From Mercenaria mercenaria (Eukaryota), in assembly GCF_021730395.1 (NCBI RefSeq), contig NC_069372.1, forward strand, positions 64,284,221-64,348,220: 64,000 nt of DNA, written 5' to 3'. The notes beneath the pieces were generated by a model. It was given only the letters and a program-made list of their open reading frames with translations. It was not told where the DNA came from and did not search any database. Numbering within the stretch: position 1 is the stretch's first letter; every line of letters starts with the position of its first letter. Shown in pieces: positions 25,622 through 37,960 of this stretch. Both the position numbers and the translations under genes were made by a program.

Positions 25622-25833
25622 CTTGCAGCAGCCTCCTGCGAGTTGGTGGTGATTTCTATAGCGAGCTGGACAGATTTCTGTAGTGAATCACGTGTACGCT
25701 GGTCCACTGGCTCTACTGACTGGATGTCTATGCTTGTGACGTACAAGTTGTTCTGTTTGAAAACAAACACATCTCGGACCTTGTCTTTCTCATCAAAACC
25801 AAACACGGATGACCTGATTACCCTTGCGGAATT
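25622..25833 (-). CDS. MVP: MVP exon 11 ([70 protein letters not shown]+R)
   Basis: ORF 25570-25923 (minus). Acceptor tttacag at 25836-25834, donor GTATAC at 25621. Matches human [51 protein letters not shown]. Confidence 0.85.
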
Positions 25834-26584
25834 CTGTAAATACATGAAATTAATGTGTAACAAATGCTTAGGAACAATGATTTTCAAAAAACATTGCTTA
25901 CAAAGAACCTTCTTATACAACACACATAAAAGAGCTTAGTCTAGGAACCAAGTCTCAAATTTCAAAGTTCCCTTTGTTTTAGGCAAATTAAAACTCAATC
26001 AAGCCAAACAACACTAATTAGTGATGTGTTTAATGCAATAAAACACTTTCCATGTTTTCCAGGGCTGTTTAGAATTAAAGTTCTAACAAAATGTGATAAA
26101 AAATTAAATACATGTTATATCAAGTTGAAATTTGGTACGCTGTTTTTACGCTAATTTTAATTCCCTACCCTATCCTTTCTACAACAGTTATATCAAAGTT
26201 GGCTTGATAAGAGTAAAGCTACAGTTATTTTTTTTTACTTTCTACTTTAAAGCCTTCTGAAAAGCCCTTCAATTGATGACCTTACTGAAAAGAGCTCCAA
26301 ATACTTAATTAACATATAATCATTCTTTAGTATGAAGTTATGATTTCAACCAATAAGGTAATTCTTGATATATATACGAGGTAGCTATTCTTTACTTGCA
26401 TGTATGTGTGTATGTTGTAAATATCTTTACTTGACAATAACCTGCTTAAATTGTCAGGTGAATGGTAGGTAAATCTACATGATAATAACTTCAGACTTTG
26501 GTTTTACACCTTTGTACGTTCATGCACAGCTATAGTGTGTGGATAATTTGAAACGTTTTGAATTCTGACACCACAATGAAATAA

Positions 26585-27215
26585 ACAGGAGCACCGCCTA
26601 TGGGTGCCATCGCTCGTCTGCAACTGCTGGACAATATGTAAGAAAAGAGTTATAGCTCAGATTTTCTAAGTACAAAAAGGGCCATAATTCTGACAAAATG
26701 CAGGTTAGAGTTATGGTTCTTGACCTACATTGTCCCCCTAATGATGATAAACAAGTGTGCAAAGTTTCAAAGCTGTAGCTCTTATAGTTTTTGAGAAACG
26801 GTGACATAAACAAAAAATTTAACTAATAAACTCAAATTTTCTAAGTACAAAAAGGGCCATAATTCTGACAAAATGCATATCAGAATTATGGGTCTTGGCC
26901 TACATAGTCCCCTAACAATGATAAACAAGTGTGCAAAGTTTCAAAGCTGTAGCTCTTACAGTTTTTGAGAAAAGGTGGACCTAAACAAAAATTTCCACCA
27001 AGAATCTCAAATTTTCTAAGTACAAAAAGAGCCATAATTCTGACAAAATGCATATCAGAGTTATGGTTCTTGGCCTAATGATGGTAAACAAGTGAGCAAA
27101 GTTTCAAAGCTGTAGCTCTTACAGTGTTTGAGAAAAGGTTGACCTAAACAAAAATTCTAACCAACGCCGCCGCCGATCAAGTGACGACAATACCTCGTAG
27201 ATTGTTTTCAAAAAT
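26585..27215. repeat. Tandem array, about 3 units of roughly 190 bp (..ttttctaagtacaaaaagggccataattctgacaaaatgca..), with GCACCgcctatGGGTGC hairpin at the left edge and a (GCC)3 tract at the right edge
   Basis: Direct repetition read at about 26640, 26830 and 27015. Lies in the MVP intron between exons 10' and 11. Confidence 0.5.
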
Positions 27216-28018
27216 CAGACGAGCTGAAATTGTAATCCTGTATGTATGCAAACCAGAAAAAATATGAAACAGCAATCTATCAAGTATCATTTAGCACAAA
27301 GGATGGCAGGTGTGTATACCAGGTTTGGAATAGGTCAAGAGATAGCTGGGGTCGGAACCTGTATAGTTCTAAGCCCTTTACTGTTTATCTGACTACACTA
27401 TGCATTGTCTAAAAACTGGGAGCTCCAGTAGCTCTGCCTTTAATACAGAAACTTTAAATGTTCCTACTGCTCAAATGGAATGCAAGGATAACAATTAAGA
27501 AAACCCTATGTGTAAAACTTAATTTACCAGGAATTTACTCAATATGGACAGATTATGCTGTAACTTCTATTACTTAGAATCTGGTTAGTGGCAAATCAAA
27601 GAAGAGATTTAACATATATCATGCAGGTATGGTAGGGTCCACCACAAAATCACTGAATTATTGCTTTCAAGATATGAACTCTATTCATTCCAAATTCTCA
27701 TTGGATTTTAAAACAGAAACTTTAATTTTTGTCTATCAACATGAATTCTGAACATTATTTTTTTGTTTAATTCCTCTTAAAATTCAATCATTATTTAACT
27801 ACAATGTTTTCATTTTTCTATTAAAACAAAACTTTGCAAACTGACAATATGTGAATCGATAGTTTCAAACTTTGTCCCCTAGTAATGAATAAGGACAATG
27901 CCAGCATATCAAGGAAAAATGTTTTTTTCTCTACTGTATCTTTTCTAGCCACAATCCAATGGCAAGCAAAACGGTTAGGACAATTATAGAATTCACACTC
28001 ATGTAACAGAAACTATAC

Positions 28019-28163
28019 CTTATGGAAATCATCAAATGCAACTTGAGCCACTGCCCCTCTAACTCTAGAGGCAATAGCTTTACATGCATCGCCAATAAAA
28101 TCGGGAACGCTGAATAGTTTAGCAGCATCTTCGCCATCAGTCTTACTTTCTACTCCAAAATGC
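28019..28163 (-). CDS. MVP: MVP alternative exon 10', downstream copy of the same 145-nt exon ([48 protein letters not shown]); probably mutually exclusive with 28211-28355
   Basis: Hand translation in the MVP frame. Acceptor attgcag at 28166-28164, donor GTATAG at 28018. Same length and phase as the neighbouring exon, and only 47 nt separate the two exons. Confidence 0.65.
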
Positions 28164-28210
28164 CTGCAATGTCAAAATGTTTTATAAACGTACATCAGTA
28201 ATAAACATAC

Positions 28211-28355
28211 CTTATGGAAATCGTCAAAAGCTACTTGTGCGACAGCACCTCTTACGCGAGAAGCTATGGCTTTACAAGCATCGCCTACGAAATCTGGAAC
28301 ACTGAAGAGTTTTGCTGACTCGGCGACATCATCTTTGTTTTTCACCTCAAAATGC
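28211..28355 (-). CDS. MVP: MVP exon 10, upstream copy of a tandem duplicated exon pair ([48 protein letters not shown])
   Basis: ORF 28172-28387 (minus). Acceptor ttttgcag at 28358-28356, donor GTATGT at 28210. Matches human [48 protein letters not shown]. 145 nt, begins with 1 nt and ends in phase 0. Confidence 0.8.
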
Positions 28356-29020
28356 CTGCAAAATGCTAAAATGTTATTTACACACACAAGGTGAAAGTGT
28401 TAAAGGTTAGATAGAAAAGGTGTTTGAAGGTGTTTTGGTTAAAAAATGTTAACACATGTACATGTTAGCGCATTTGAATCATTCAAACACTAGCAACTAA
28501 AACTGAAACTCCTGAGCCAAAACAAAAATCAAGCATATCTACAGTTACAACCAAGTACACTGTACACTGTCACGTGTGTAAAGATAAAAACTTAGCTGAA
28601 GAAAACTAATTTTCATAAAATCGTATCTCAGGTAATTTCCAGTAATATGTAATACTTAAATGTTTTTTTTCTTGAAAATACCTTATAATTACCAGTACAG
28701 TCAAACCTGTGCTACAGACCACCTCCAAATAAAGGGCACAACTATAAAACCTGCCCATAAAGGCCACTATTTACTTGTCCCATTTACTTGTTAACAGTGT
28801 ATATTTACCTGTGTAGATAGACCACCTGTCAAGAGCCCACTTTTTCCATTTCCCAAATATGGTCAATACAGACAGGTTTGACTACACCTTAAACAACTTA
28901 TAATTTTCCTGTATAACATTATATGTAGTTAATTTTCAAATTTCTGCCATTAAGAAACAAGATATTGAAAAAACATAAAAATTAAGTTTTGTTTACATTT
29001 AGCCTACTGTATATACTTAC

Positions 29021-29218
29021 CAGTTATAAGATAATTGCAATGAAAGCCTGGCGTGGTCCGATGTTTCAACTACAATAATATCGGTACAGAAGTCTGGTCC
29101 GAGAAGGAGACACAGAGATTTGATTACATTAGGTTTCTTCGGTTTACCACCTGACAAGCTGAGCTGAGTAAACTGTTCATCAGGGCCAAGCATAACCAAT
29201 TCTGGACCAAATACAACT
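29021..29218 (-). CDS. MVP: MVP exon 9 ([66 protein letters not shown])
   Basis: ORF 29017-29199 (minus). Acceptor tttcag at 29220-29219, consensus GTAAGT donor at 29020-29015. Matches human [66 protein letters not shown]. Confidence 0.85.
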
Positions 29219-29689
29219 CTGAAATTGAATTGGTTAATTGTTTAAAACAACATGCTCTGATTTACATTATTTCAATTTCCTAGGGCTAACGAAGTCCCTT
29301 TCTTAAAGGTAATCAGCCAAGTACAGTATTTTACTTTCATCCAATTCACTTTTAATAACAAGAGGGTCATGATGACCCAGAATCGCTCACATGAGTAATA
29401 TGAGCCACATATTTAAAATTGCAAACTGATGCTAAAATATTAGAAAGTAGGTCAGTAGGTCACATTCATGGTCACTGAGAGTCAGTTTTAAGACTGGTGT
29501 GAAAAACTGTACATGTCATCCAAAATTCAAGGCTGTATCTTAAAAAAACAAGAAAGTAGGTCAGTAGGTCAAGGTCACAGTCAAGTGACCCCTAATCACT
29601 TCCAGTCATCAGTTAATTATGATTAAGCACTCTAGGAAATATGATTTGATAATTTTTGAAGTATTTATTCCTATATAACTCATATAACA

Positions 29690-30560
29690 AGTGACCCCCA
29701 GGGCGGGGCCTCTTTTCACCCCAGGGGCATAATCTGAACAATCTTGTATGAGATCCACTAGGCAATGCTACATACCCAATATCAAAGGCCTAGGCTATGA
29801 ACTTTCAGACAAGAAGATTTTTTCCCCTATAGATATGTCTATGTTAAATTTGGGAACCCTAGGGCATGGCCTCTTTTCACCCCAGGGGCATAATTTGAAC
29901 ACTTTTGGTAGAGGAACACCAGGCAATGCAACATACCAAATATCAAAAGCCTATGCCATGCAGTTTCAGGCAAGAAGATTTTTAAAGTTTTTTCCTATAT
30001 AAGTCTATGTAAAACTTGAGACCCCCGGGGCAGGGCCTCTTTTCACCCCAGCGTTATAATTTGAACAATTTTGGTAGAGGACCATAAGGCAATGCTACAC
30101 ACCAAATATCAAAGGCCTAGGTCTTGTGGTTTTAGACAAGAAGATTTTTAAAGTTTTTTCCTATATAAGTCTATGTAAAACTTGTGACCCCCGGGGCAGG
30201 GCCTCTTTACACCCCAGGGGCACAATTTGAACAATCTTACTAGAGGACCATTAGATGATGTTACATGCCAAATATCAAGGCTCTACGCCTTGCGGTTTTG
30301 GACAAGAAGATTTTTAAAGTTTTTCCTTTCGGTTGCCATGGCAACCAGAGTTCTGCATGGAATTCAATTCTTTGAAAAATTTTGAAAGGGGGCAACCAAG
30401 GATCATTTCTGTGAAGTTTGGTTTAATTCTGCCCAGTGGTTTTCAAGAAGAAGATTTTTTTAGAAAATGTTGACGGACGGACGGACGACGCACGACGGAC
30501 ATTGAGCGGTCATAAAAACTCACTATGAGCCTTTGGCTCAGGTGAGCTAATAAACTGACT
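29690..30560 (+). mobile_element. Helentron-like element with about 4.5 copies of a roughly 160-bp unit (..ggggcctcttttcaccccaggggcataat..), (GACG/GGAC)n tract and terminal GAGCCtttGGCTC hairpin + aggtgagctaataaa
   Basis: Units at about 29700, 29865, 30025 and 30185. gacggacggacggacgacgcacgacggac at 30471-30500. Lies in the MVP intron between exons 8 and 9. The same terminal motif (gctcacc..ggtgagctaataaa) is seen at 1985-2030. Confidence 0.45.
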
Positions 30561-31662
30561 GTAATGTATGCTAAATGGATGTAAACCACACCTCACTGTA
30601 GGCTATATTTCAAACATAAACCTTTTAAAGTAAATCCCTCTATCTATCAGGCAGGCATAAATAAATCCTTTCAATGGATTAAGAAGATTACATTCTCAAA
30701 ATTTTGAGAAATCATCATACTGGTTGGGAACCATTTTCCGGACACATTTTCATATTTTGGCTCCATTATTCCCTAAAAATAATATTTGATATAAATGAAG
30801 CCCACACTACACAAACTTCAGCTCCTTCTGCATCCGATGTTGTAATCAGCATCGCGTTGTGACGTAAAACATGGGTTCTATGGGGCCTCAAATGGGGTCA
30901 CTAAAAGAAGTTATTTCCCCCGTAAGGTAAACCAGTATCCGGACAAATATTTTGACGGTATTTTGCTGTTAATTTGATATCAAAATAAGTAATTAAACTA
31001 TTTTTACACATTTCTTTATCATTCATCTCTTCAAAAATGCACACGAAACATAACCTGACGTTCAATAGCAGCTACGAAAGCAAACCGAAGTTGACAATAA
31101 AAATCTCGAATTTCGTCTAAGGCGGATTCTTGATAATTCCAACAGATATAGAATAAAATTAGTGCAAAAATTGACAGCCCTGCATTTTATGTAACTATTA
31201 CCGTGAAATTATAAGTAGCACATGTTATCAGCGGACAATCAATATGAAGTTTAATTATTTCTTCCCCACTTGGTACTTCGGCAAGTGTGAACTACTGCGC
31301 ATGCGCAATGCTATCTTCATGCCCCATTAAGACAGAAAGTTGTTTTGTAAACACAGGTGTGTTATCATAAAAAAAACTAACATAAAACAGTTTTGTAATA
31401 TAGTGGTTGGTTGTATACATGAAGAACAAACACCTAAATGATCTAGATGAAACAATAACAGGAATAACAACGAAATAAAGCGGATATTACATGTGTCCGG
31501 AAACTGGTCCTGTCCGGAAACTGGTTCCCAACCAGTATAGTGCAATGATTTTCACTAACCAATTATTCAGCTAACATAACTGAATTTGTTCCTTTATTCA
31601 TGAAAGAAATGAGTCTCCAGTAGTCTAACTGGTATTTAAAGTTATTCATTTATTTTTCCTAC

Positions 31663-31898
31663 CTTGCTTTCTTCTCCTTGTAATCATAGATCTGTACAGC
31701 AGCATTATGAGGTACCCTAAATGTGATCACACGTGTCTTGTCTCTTGCTTTCGCTGCCTCTGGGGTGCGTCGGTCACTACGATCGGCAAGAGGATCTTTT
31801 GCTGCCATGAGCAGATTCTCAACTGCTGGTGGTAATTCTTTTGACCATAGTTCTTCATCATGATTCAGCATATAAGTTTCACCTGTAACTGCCCTTAC
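31663..31898 (-). CDS. MVP: MVP exon 8 ([30 protein letters not shown]...[23 protein letters not shown]+R)
   Basis: ORF 31659-31871 (minus). Acceptor tttcag at 31900-31899, donor GTAGGA at 31662. Matches human [54 protein letters not shown]. Confidence 0.85.
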
Positions 31899-32252
31899 CT
31901 GAAATTATCAATGATAAAAACACTGCTCATGCCTTTCATTGGTTTTATTATGGATAACTGCGAACATTCTCCAACATATCAAGGATCCCTTAAAATGTAC
32001 CTCAATTATGGTTTCAAATATTTCTATGAAAGTTTATAATTTTCTAAACTAAAACAGCCACATAGAAAAACTGTATATATTTATGTATAACCACTGAAGA
32101 AAAAAATAATCACAGAGCTTTCTTATTTGCCCATGAAAATATCAATAAAAATCCTCATAAAATTAAAGGCCAAAGTAATAAAACTGGAGGTTAATCGTAA
32201 TGTTTAAAGTATGAATCCGTAGCTGAAACCAATGTTTGTATGTTAAACATAC

Positions 32253-32402
32253 CTTTCCAGTCTTGACATCACGGACATAGATTCCCTCATTCTCATCAAG
32301 GGGTATAGCCTGTCGTTTCATTACCACCTCAACCTCAACAGGGGGAACATATTCCTTAGGGCCTCGAATCATCCAGCGGTCTCCTGGCTTTCTGTCATCC
32401 TC
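32253..32402 (-). CDS. MVP: MVP exon 7 ([50 protein letters not shown])
   Basis: ORF 32163-32372 (minus). Acceptor ttaaag at 32408-32403, donor GTATGT at 32252. Matches human [44 protein letters not shown]. Confidence 0.85.
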
Positions 32403-32687
32403 CTTTAAGAAAGTTTTTTTTAAATAACTGATACATTGTAAATAAAAAATGAAAAGAACATTAAAAGCTTAAATGTTACTGGGAACTGAACTCAAAACCC
32501 TAAAATTACAACTACATTCATCTTTCCAAATTTTACTTTTTTTTTAAATCACTGAAACTTCCCATTTTCCTCTGTAACTTTAAAAGGACAAAAGTTTTAG
32601 ATTTTTTTTATTACCAAACATGTCATTGCCAAACAATGCAAAAAATATTTTATTGATTATATCAAAGATTTCTTTTTGTTTACTTAC

Positions 32688-32807
32688 ACCATCTTTAAAG
32701 CTCTCATTGGCCCGGAGAATCAGTCCCTCATCTTCACCGAGGATGTAGACGTTCTGTATACCTCTTTCTAGACGTTCCCCTGGCATCAAGAAAAATGTCT
32801 TCTCACC
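32688..32807 (-). CDS. MVP: MVP exon 6 (GEKTFFLMPGERLERGIQNVYILGEDEGLILRANESFKDG)
   Basis: ORF 32580-32789 (minus). Acceptor cag at 32810-32808, consensus GTAAGT donor at 32687-32682. Matches human [35 protein letters not shown]. Confidence 0.85.
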
Positions 32808-33300
32808 CTGTAATGGAAGAGTTACGTATGACAGACTATTTCAGTAACACTATCAGAAATAGCTTAACTTTGTTAAGCTTGTAAAAATAAACAAGAATAA
32901 ATGCATAATCCTAACTAAGTTTACACAGAGTTTTACATAATTAAACAAAAGTCACTTCAATAATTCATGTCTTTTAAATGATAATTTTCTTACAAACTTT
33001 TGAACAGTTTTAAGTATACTGTAGTGATTATTTTGTAAGGCTACAAGTTTGCAATTCTTAAATGAGGTAGAATATTCAAGACATTTACAATAATAACAGC
33101 ACATCATTTTTGTCTTATGAATAGTCAGCAAATTCAGCAAAACTAAGCCTCTTGCAAACATTTCTAATTTTACGCTATGTATGTAACAAGTTAAGATGAA
33201 AACTAAGAGATATCAGATAGGTTATTGATTAAATAAGGTCTTCTTCGTGTACTAGAGGTGAATTCCAAAATAAGTGTTGAGGAATATACATTAACAATAC

Positions 33301-33411
33301 CTTAACAAGCTTTTTCCTTCCCATTTGGGGTCTTCCCTTCTCATCGACAGGGTCCAGGACCACACAGTAATGTCTGTTACTGAGAGATGTTATGTTCACT
33401 ACTCCAACTAC
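33301..33411 (-). CDS. MVP: MVP exon 5 ([37 protein letters not shown])
   Basis: ORF 33229-33423 (minus). Acceptor cacag at 33413-33412, donor GTATTG at 33300. Matches human [36 protein letters not shown]. Confidence 0.85.
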
Positions 33412-33699
33412 CTGTGGTGACATTCAAATACAAATACACTTTCTGTCAAAACTTACAAGAAAATAAAAATAAAGAATACAAAGTACTGAAGATTTTGGGT
33501 TAATACTTGCAAATTTATAACATGCAAAAATATAGAATACAGTTAGCTATGCATTTTGAATTTTTTTCTCACAACGGTCATTTCAACGATGTATCCTCTT
33601 ACTGAGGGCTATTAAATAATTTGAAACTTGCTTTATAAAAAAAATTCTGATGCAAGATAAATGTCTTCCACATCTTTATGGTATTTTATCTATAGTGTT

Positions 33700-34395
33700 A
33701 GTCTAACCATCGTCAATAAGATTGCAATAGTTGTGAAACTAGAAAAGTGTCCATAGGACACAGATTTTTCCTAGGTCAGGGGCCATAACTCCTACAATAC
33801 TGAATGAATCCGGACGCGAAACCCCAGGTGCACAACTGCACATGCTGACCAACATTCCTGTAAACTTTGGTGACTCTAGGTCAAATACTTTTGGAGGTAC
33901 GCGCGACACAACATTACAATGACCAATTTTTAACTAAGTCAGGGGCCATAACTCCTACACGACTGAATGAATCCGGACGCAAAACCCCAGGTGCACAACT
34001 GCACATGCTGACCAACATTCCTGTAAACTTTGGTGACTCTAGGTCAAATACTTTTGGAGCTATGCGCGACACAACATTAAAATGACCAATTTTTTACTAA
34101 GTCTGGGGCCATAACTCCTACACGACTGAATGAATCCGGACGCAAGACCCCAGGTGCACAACTACACATGCTGACAAACATTCCTGTAAAGTTTTGTGAC
34201 TCTACATCAAATACTTTTGGAGCTAGGCGCGACACAACACTAAAATGACCAATTTTTACAAAGTCCCAGGTGCACAACTACACATGCTGACCAACATTCC
34301 TGTAAAGTTTTGTGACTCTACCTCAAATACTTTTGGAGCTAGGCGCGACACATCTTTATGCCCCCCCCCCCCCCAAAGTGGGGGCATAAAAATCA
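33700..34395 (+). mobile_element. Helentron-like element with about 3.5 copies of a roughly 163-bp unit and a 3' hairpin TATGCCCCC(C)n..GGGGGCATA followed by AAAA
   Basis: Units begin ggggccataactcctaca at 33781, 33943 and 34107. ctttatgccccccccccccccaaagtgggggcataaaaatc at 34354-34393. Lies in the MVP intron between exons 4 and 5. Confidence 0.5.
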
Positions 34396-34919
34396 GCAAA
34401 AGCCTGGCCATATAGCACAGCACAAATAACACTGTGGTAGGAAAACAATGTCTCAGCAATTTAACCCTGGCAAATAGTTTCTCAAAAACAAAATTTAAAC
34501 AAAGTAACGTATTTTCTCGAGAAAAACAAAATCTAAACTGAATGAACTTTATCATTGTATAATTGCTCACGGTGACCGGTAAATCATTTTTAATTCATGA
34601 CACAACTAATTTCTTTACTCTTTCATGTTTTACAAATACATATATAGTATAGGTATAAATATGATGGGTGTGGTAGCCATGATTTGAAGTTTAGTAGGGC
34701 ATGATTTTGTTTTGGACCGATCGAGTTTTCAAAATTTCTGAAGCCCTGACAATTAATATACTGAAATATATGACTAGCAATGTGTATAACTGCTTATAGC
34801 TTTTTATGTCATTACAAATGCATTCTCATAATGAATACAGTACGAACATTGTAATTCTGATCTACATAACATTCCTTATTAAAACATGATTTAATGTAAA
34901 CACATATGTATTAACTGAC

Positions 34920-35272
34920 CTCTTCATAGACATTTGGGATATGTGTTTCCGTCATATCCATGGTAATAAGCCACTCTTCACCATTTTTACGTGTTATTCC
35001 GAAATCGTCCTTGAAGGTTCTCAGTGACCTCATGTGCAATGCCTTCTTCTCTGTGAGAACGTAGGCATTTACAATGTCAACAACTTCTTCGTAAGCTCCT
35101 GGTAAATAGGCTCCAGTCTTCTTTACTTCCCATTCTTCACCAGTCACACGTGCATTACCCTCCCTGTCAATACATTCTTTACGTGCACGTAATCTGATAG
35201 CCTGGTTGGGTTTGATGATGGTGGCCCGCACCGTCTCTTCAACCACAACCTCTTTCCTTGGAATATAGGTAC
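34920..35272 (-). CDS. MVP: MVP exon 4 ([47 protein letters not shown]...THIPNVYEE)
   Basis: Six-frame ORF 34911-35399 (minus). Acceptor ctag at 35274-35273, donor GTCAGT at 34919. Matches the human MVP repeat-domain region [47 protein letters not shown]. Confidence 0.85.
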
Positions 35273-35329
35273 CTAGCAGAAAGACAATTTTGCTCATGTT
35301 ATTCATTACTATACAACTGAGAAAACTGG

Positions 35330-36590
35330 AGCTATCACTAAAGGTGATGAATGCACCCCCCGCATGCACTGACACAGTACACTGCAATTTGACGCACACA
35401 AGATTGCATAATTATGTGGACTGTATGAATATAGACTGTATGTATACTGTATATGCAGACTGTATGTACATAGTATGTTAACAAGAAACAAAGTCCCATA
35501 ACTCTGCAATTTTTTTTGTTGAAAGAACCTAACATGCCCTATGCATAACTACTGTTGTTACTGATCACTTGTGTGAAGTTTCATTCAGTTGTGTCAAGGG
35601 GATGAGGAGAGATGGTGCGCACAAGATTGTGTCTATGTATATAGTAAAGTAACAAAAAACAAAGTCCCGTAACTCTGCAATTTTTTTCTGAAAGAACCTA
35701 ACATACCCCATGCACAACTACTATTGTTACTGATCACTTGTGTGAAGTTTCATTAAATTGTGTCAAGGGGATGAGGAGAGATGGTGAGCACAAGATTGTG
35801 TCTATGTATATAGTAAAGTAACAAAAAACAAAGTCCCGTAACTCTGCAAATTTTTTTTCTGAAAGAATCTAACATGCCCCATGCACAACTACTGTTGTTA
35901 CTGATCATTTGTGTGAAGTTTCATTAAATTGTGTCAAGGGATGAGGAGAGATGGTGCGCACAAGATTGTGTCTATGTATATAGTATAGTAACAAAAAACA
36001 AAGTCCCGTAACTCTGCAATTTTTTTCTGAAAGAACCTAACATACCCCATGCACAACTACTGTTGTTACTGATCACTTGTGTGAAGTTTCATTAAATTGT
36101 GTCAAGGGGATGAGGAGAGATGGTGAGCACAAGATTGTGTCTATGTATATAGTAAAGTAACAAAAAACAAAGTCCCGTAACTCTGCAAATTTTTTTTCTG
36201 AAAGAACATAACATGCCCCATGCACAACTACTGTTGTTACTGATAACTTGTGTGAAGTTTCATTAAATTGTGTCAAGGGGATGGGGAGAGATGGTGCGCA
36301 CAAGATTGTGTCTATGTATATAGTATAGTAACAAAAAACAAAGTCCCGTAACTCCGCAATTTTTTTCTCTGAAAGAACCTAACATGCCCCATGCATAACT
36401 ACTGTTGTTACTGATCACTTGTGTGAAGTTTCATTAAATTGTGTGAAGGGGATGAGGAGAGATGGTGCGCACAAGATTGTGTCTACGGACAGACAGACAG
36501 ACAGACAGACGGACAGACAGACAGACAACCTGAAACCAGTATACCCCACCTTACAACTTTGTTGTCGGGGGGTACAAATATATCAACCTT
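35330..36590 (+). mobile_element. Helentron-like element with about 5 copies of a roughly 180-bp unit, a (GACA)n microsatellite (36487-36530) and a 3' hairpin GTACCCC..GGGGGGTAC
   Basis: Units share ..aacaaagtcccgtaactctgcaattttttt..ctgatcacttgtgtgaagtttcatt..gatgaggagagatggtg.. The 5' region (cacagtacactgcaatt..gcacacaagattgcataa) has a paralogue at 9040-9100. Lies in the MVP intron between exons 3 and 4. Confidence 0.5.
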
Positions 36591-36735
36591 AATTAAAGAA
36601 AACACGGGAAAAGTTGTTTTGCTAAATAGTGAATGGTTTAATTTTGAAATAATTCATTGTAAGGTGTACAATTGACTTTTACACATTTTCTGGTTTATTT
36701 TGTAAGTTTCTACCAATTGTATCTAAAGCTCATAC

Positions 36736-36859
36736 CTGGTCCCTCAAAAAGCCATTCATCCCCAGCTGTTCTCTTTTCTCCAGTATCATCTTCAAAATCT
36801 AATATTGCACGTAGTCTAAGGGCTGAATTAGGGGCCACAACTTTCAGAGGGGTTACAGC
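36736..36859 (-). CDS. MVP: MVP exon 3 ([42 protein letters not shown])
   Basis: Hand translation. Acceptor tag at 36862-36860, donor GTATGA at 36735. Matches human [41 protein letters not shown]. The phase links exons 2 and 4. Confidence 0.8.
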
Positions 36860-37364
36860 CTACAAATGAAACATATCGTAAAGTGTTTTTATGAACACCA
36901 TTTATACAACTCAAACAAAAAATGATCTCATGTGTGTAACAGTAACCTTGAAATAAAGTTAAAAGTTATCTAAAGGAGTCAAATAACACAAACAGCTATC
37001 ATAAAACAGGAAAACTCCCATCTGAAACCTTTCATTCGATGTTTAATTTCAATTAATCTTCCTCATATTCAAACCATACTGAATTGATTTTTCTTCCTAG
37101 GCCTTTAAAATCTTTGAAAGAGAGCTGTAACTTAAACTAAACACTGAAAGAGGAAAAAATTTCTTAAATTTTCCTGTTCGATTTTATTCTTCCTATTTCT
37201 CAACTTATTTTCTCTCTTTTTTTTTTTATAAGAAATCTAAAACCTAATAAACAGTAACGACTTACATCAGTGTGCATACCAACAAACATGCCATTAGAAA
37301 AAAAAACAGTCTACTTCCTGGACATAATATTATACTTTCATCTGAAACCAGTTAAGAAGTATAC

Positions 37365-37560
37365 CTGTTTAAGGACCTCCCCTGGGTAGAGTGGGAAAGG
37401 GTCCTGGGCAAGTCTAATCTCCTGGTCAGCATGGAGAAGCCGCACTTGACCACTCTTATCTATCACCACACTGTTGTCTTTGTCCCGCAGTGCTGGGTTC
37501 TCGATAACACAGTAATGCCTTGGTGGCACTGTTATCATCTTCTCTGGTCCAACGACCACT
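37365..37560 (-). CDS. MVP: MVP exon 2 (..[65 protein letters not shown])
   Basis: Six-frame ORF 37338-37559 (minus). Acceptor tttttcag at 37563-37561, donor GTATAC at 37364. Homologous to human [28 protein letters not shown]. Confidence 0.85.
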
Positions 37561-37960
37561 CTGAAAAATTCACAGATTTACAAGTTATTTTCTAGCTTTA
37601 AATATGTTCAGAATTAAATCGTCCTCTTGTTTCCTACCATAATCTCTGGAAGCCTAGTACAGTGCAATCTCTAAACATAATGTTATAACAGATCATTTTT
37701 GTTCAGTCCAAAGATTAAGCATAATTAGATTAGCACTGCTCAGGTACGTAGCCAAGCTAGAAATTATATTGATGCCCGATGAAGCCAGAGGGATCTGTGG
37801 GTCTGCTCCCGAGACAGTTTTATTTTCTACATTCAATTTTCTCTATTTTGGCAAGTAGTTTTAATAATATGAAATAAAGTTCATGTTGAAGCATGCGCTT
37901 CCATACTTCTGCCTAGCTATGCTAAATGTTTGGCTGATATTTAAAATATTGAAAATTTAC

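Noticed and set aside
27931-28137. [25 protein letters not shown].. (68 aa)
   Set aside because: It is an out-of-frame reading of MVP alternative exon 10' (28019-28163). The correct frame gives the MVP sequence.
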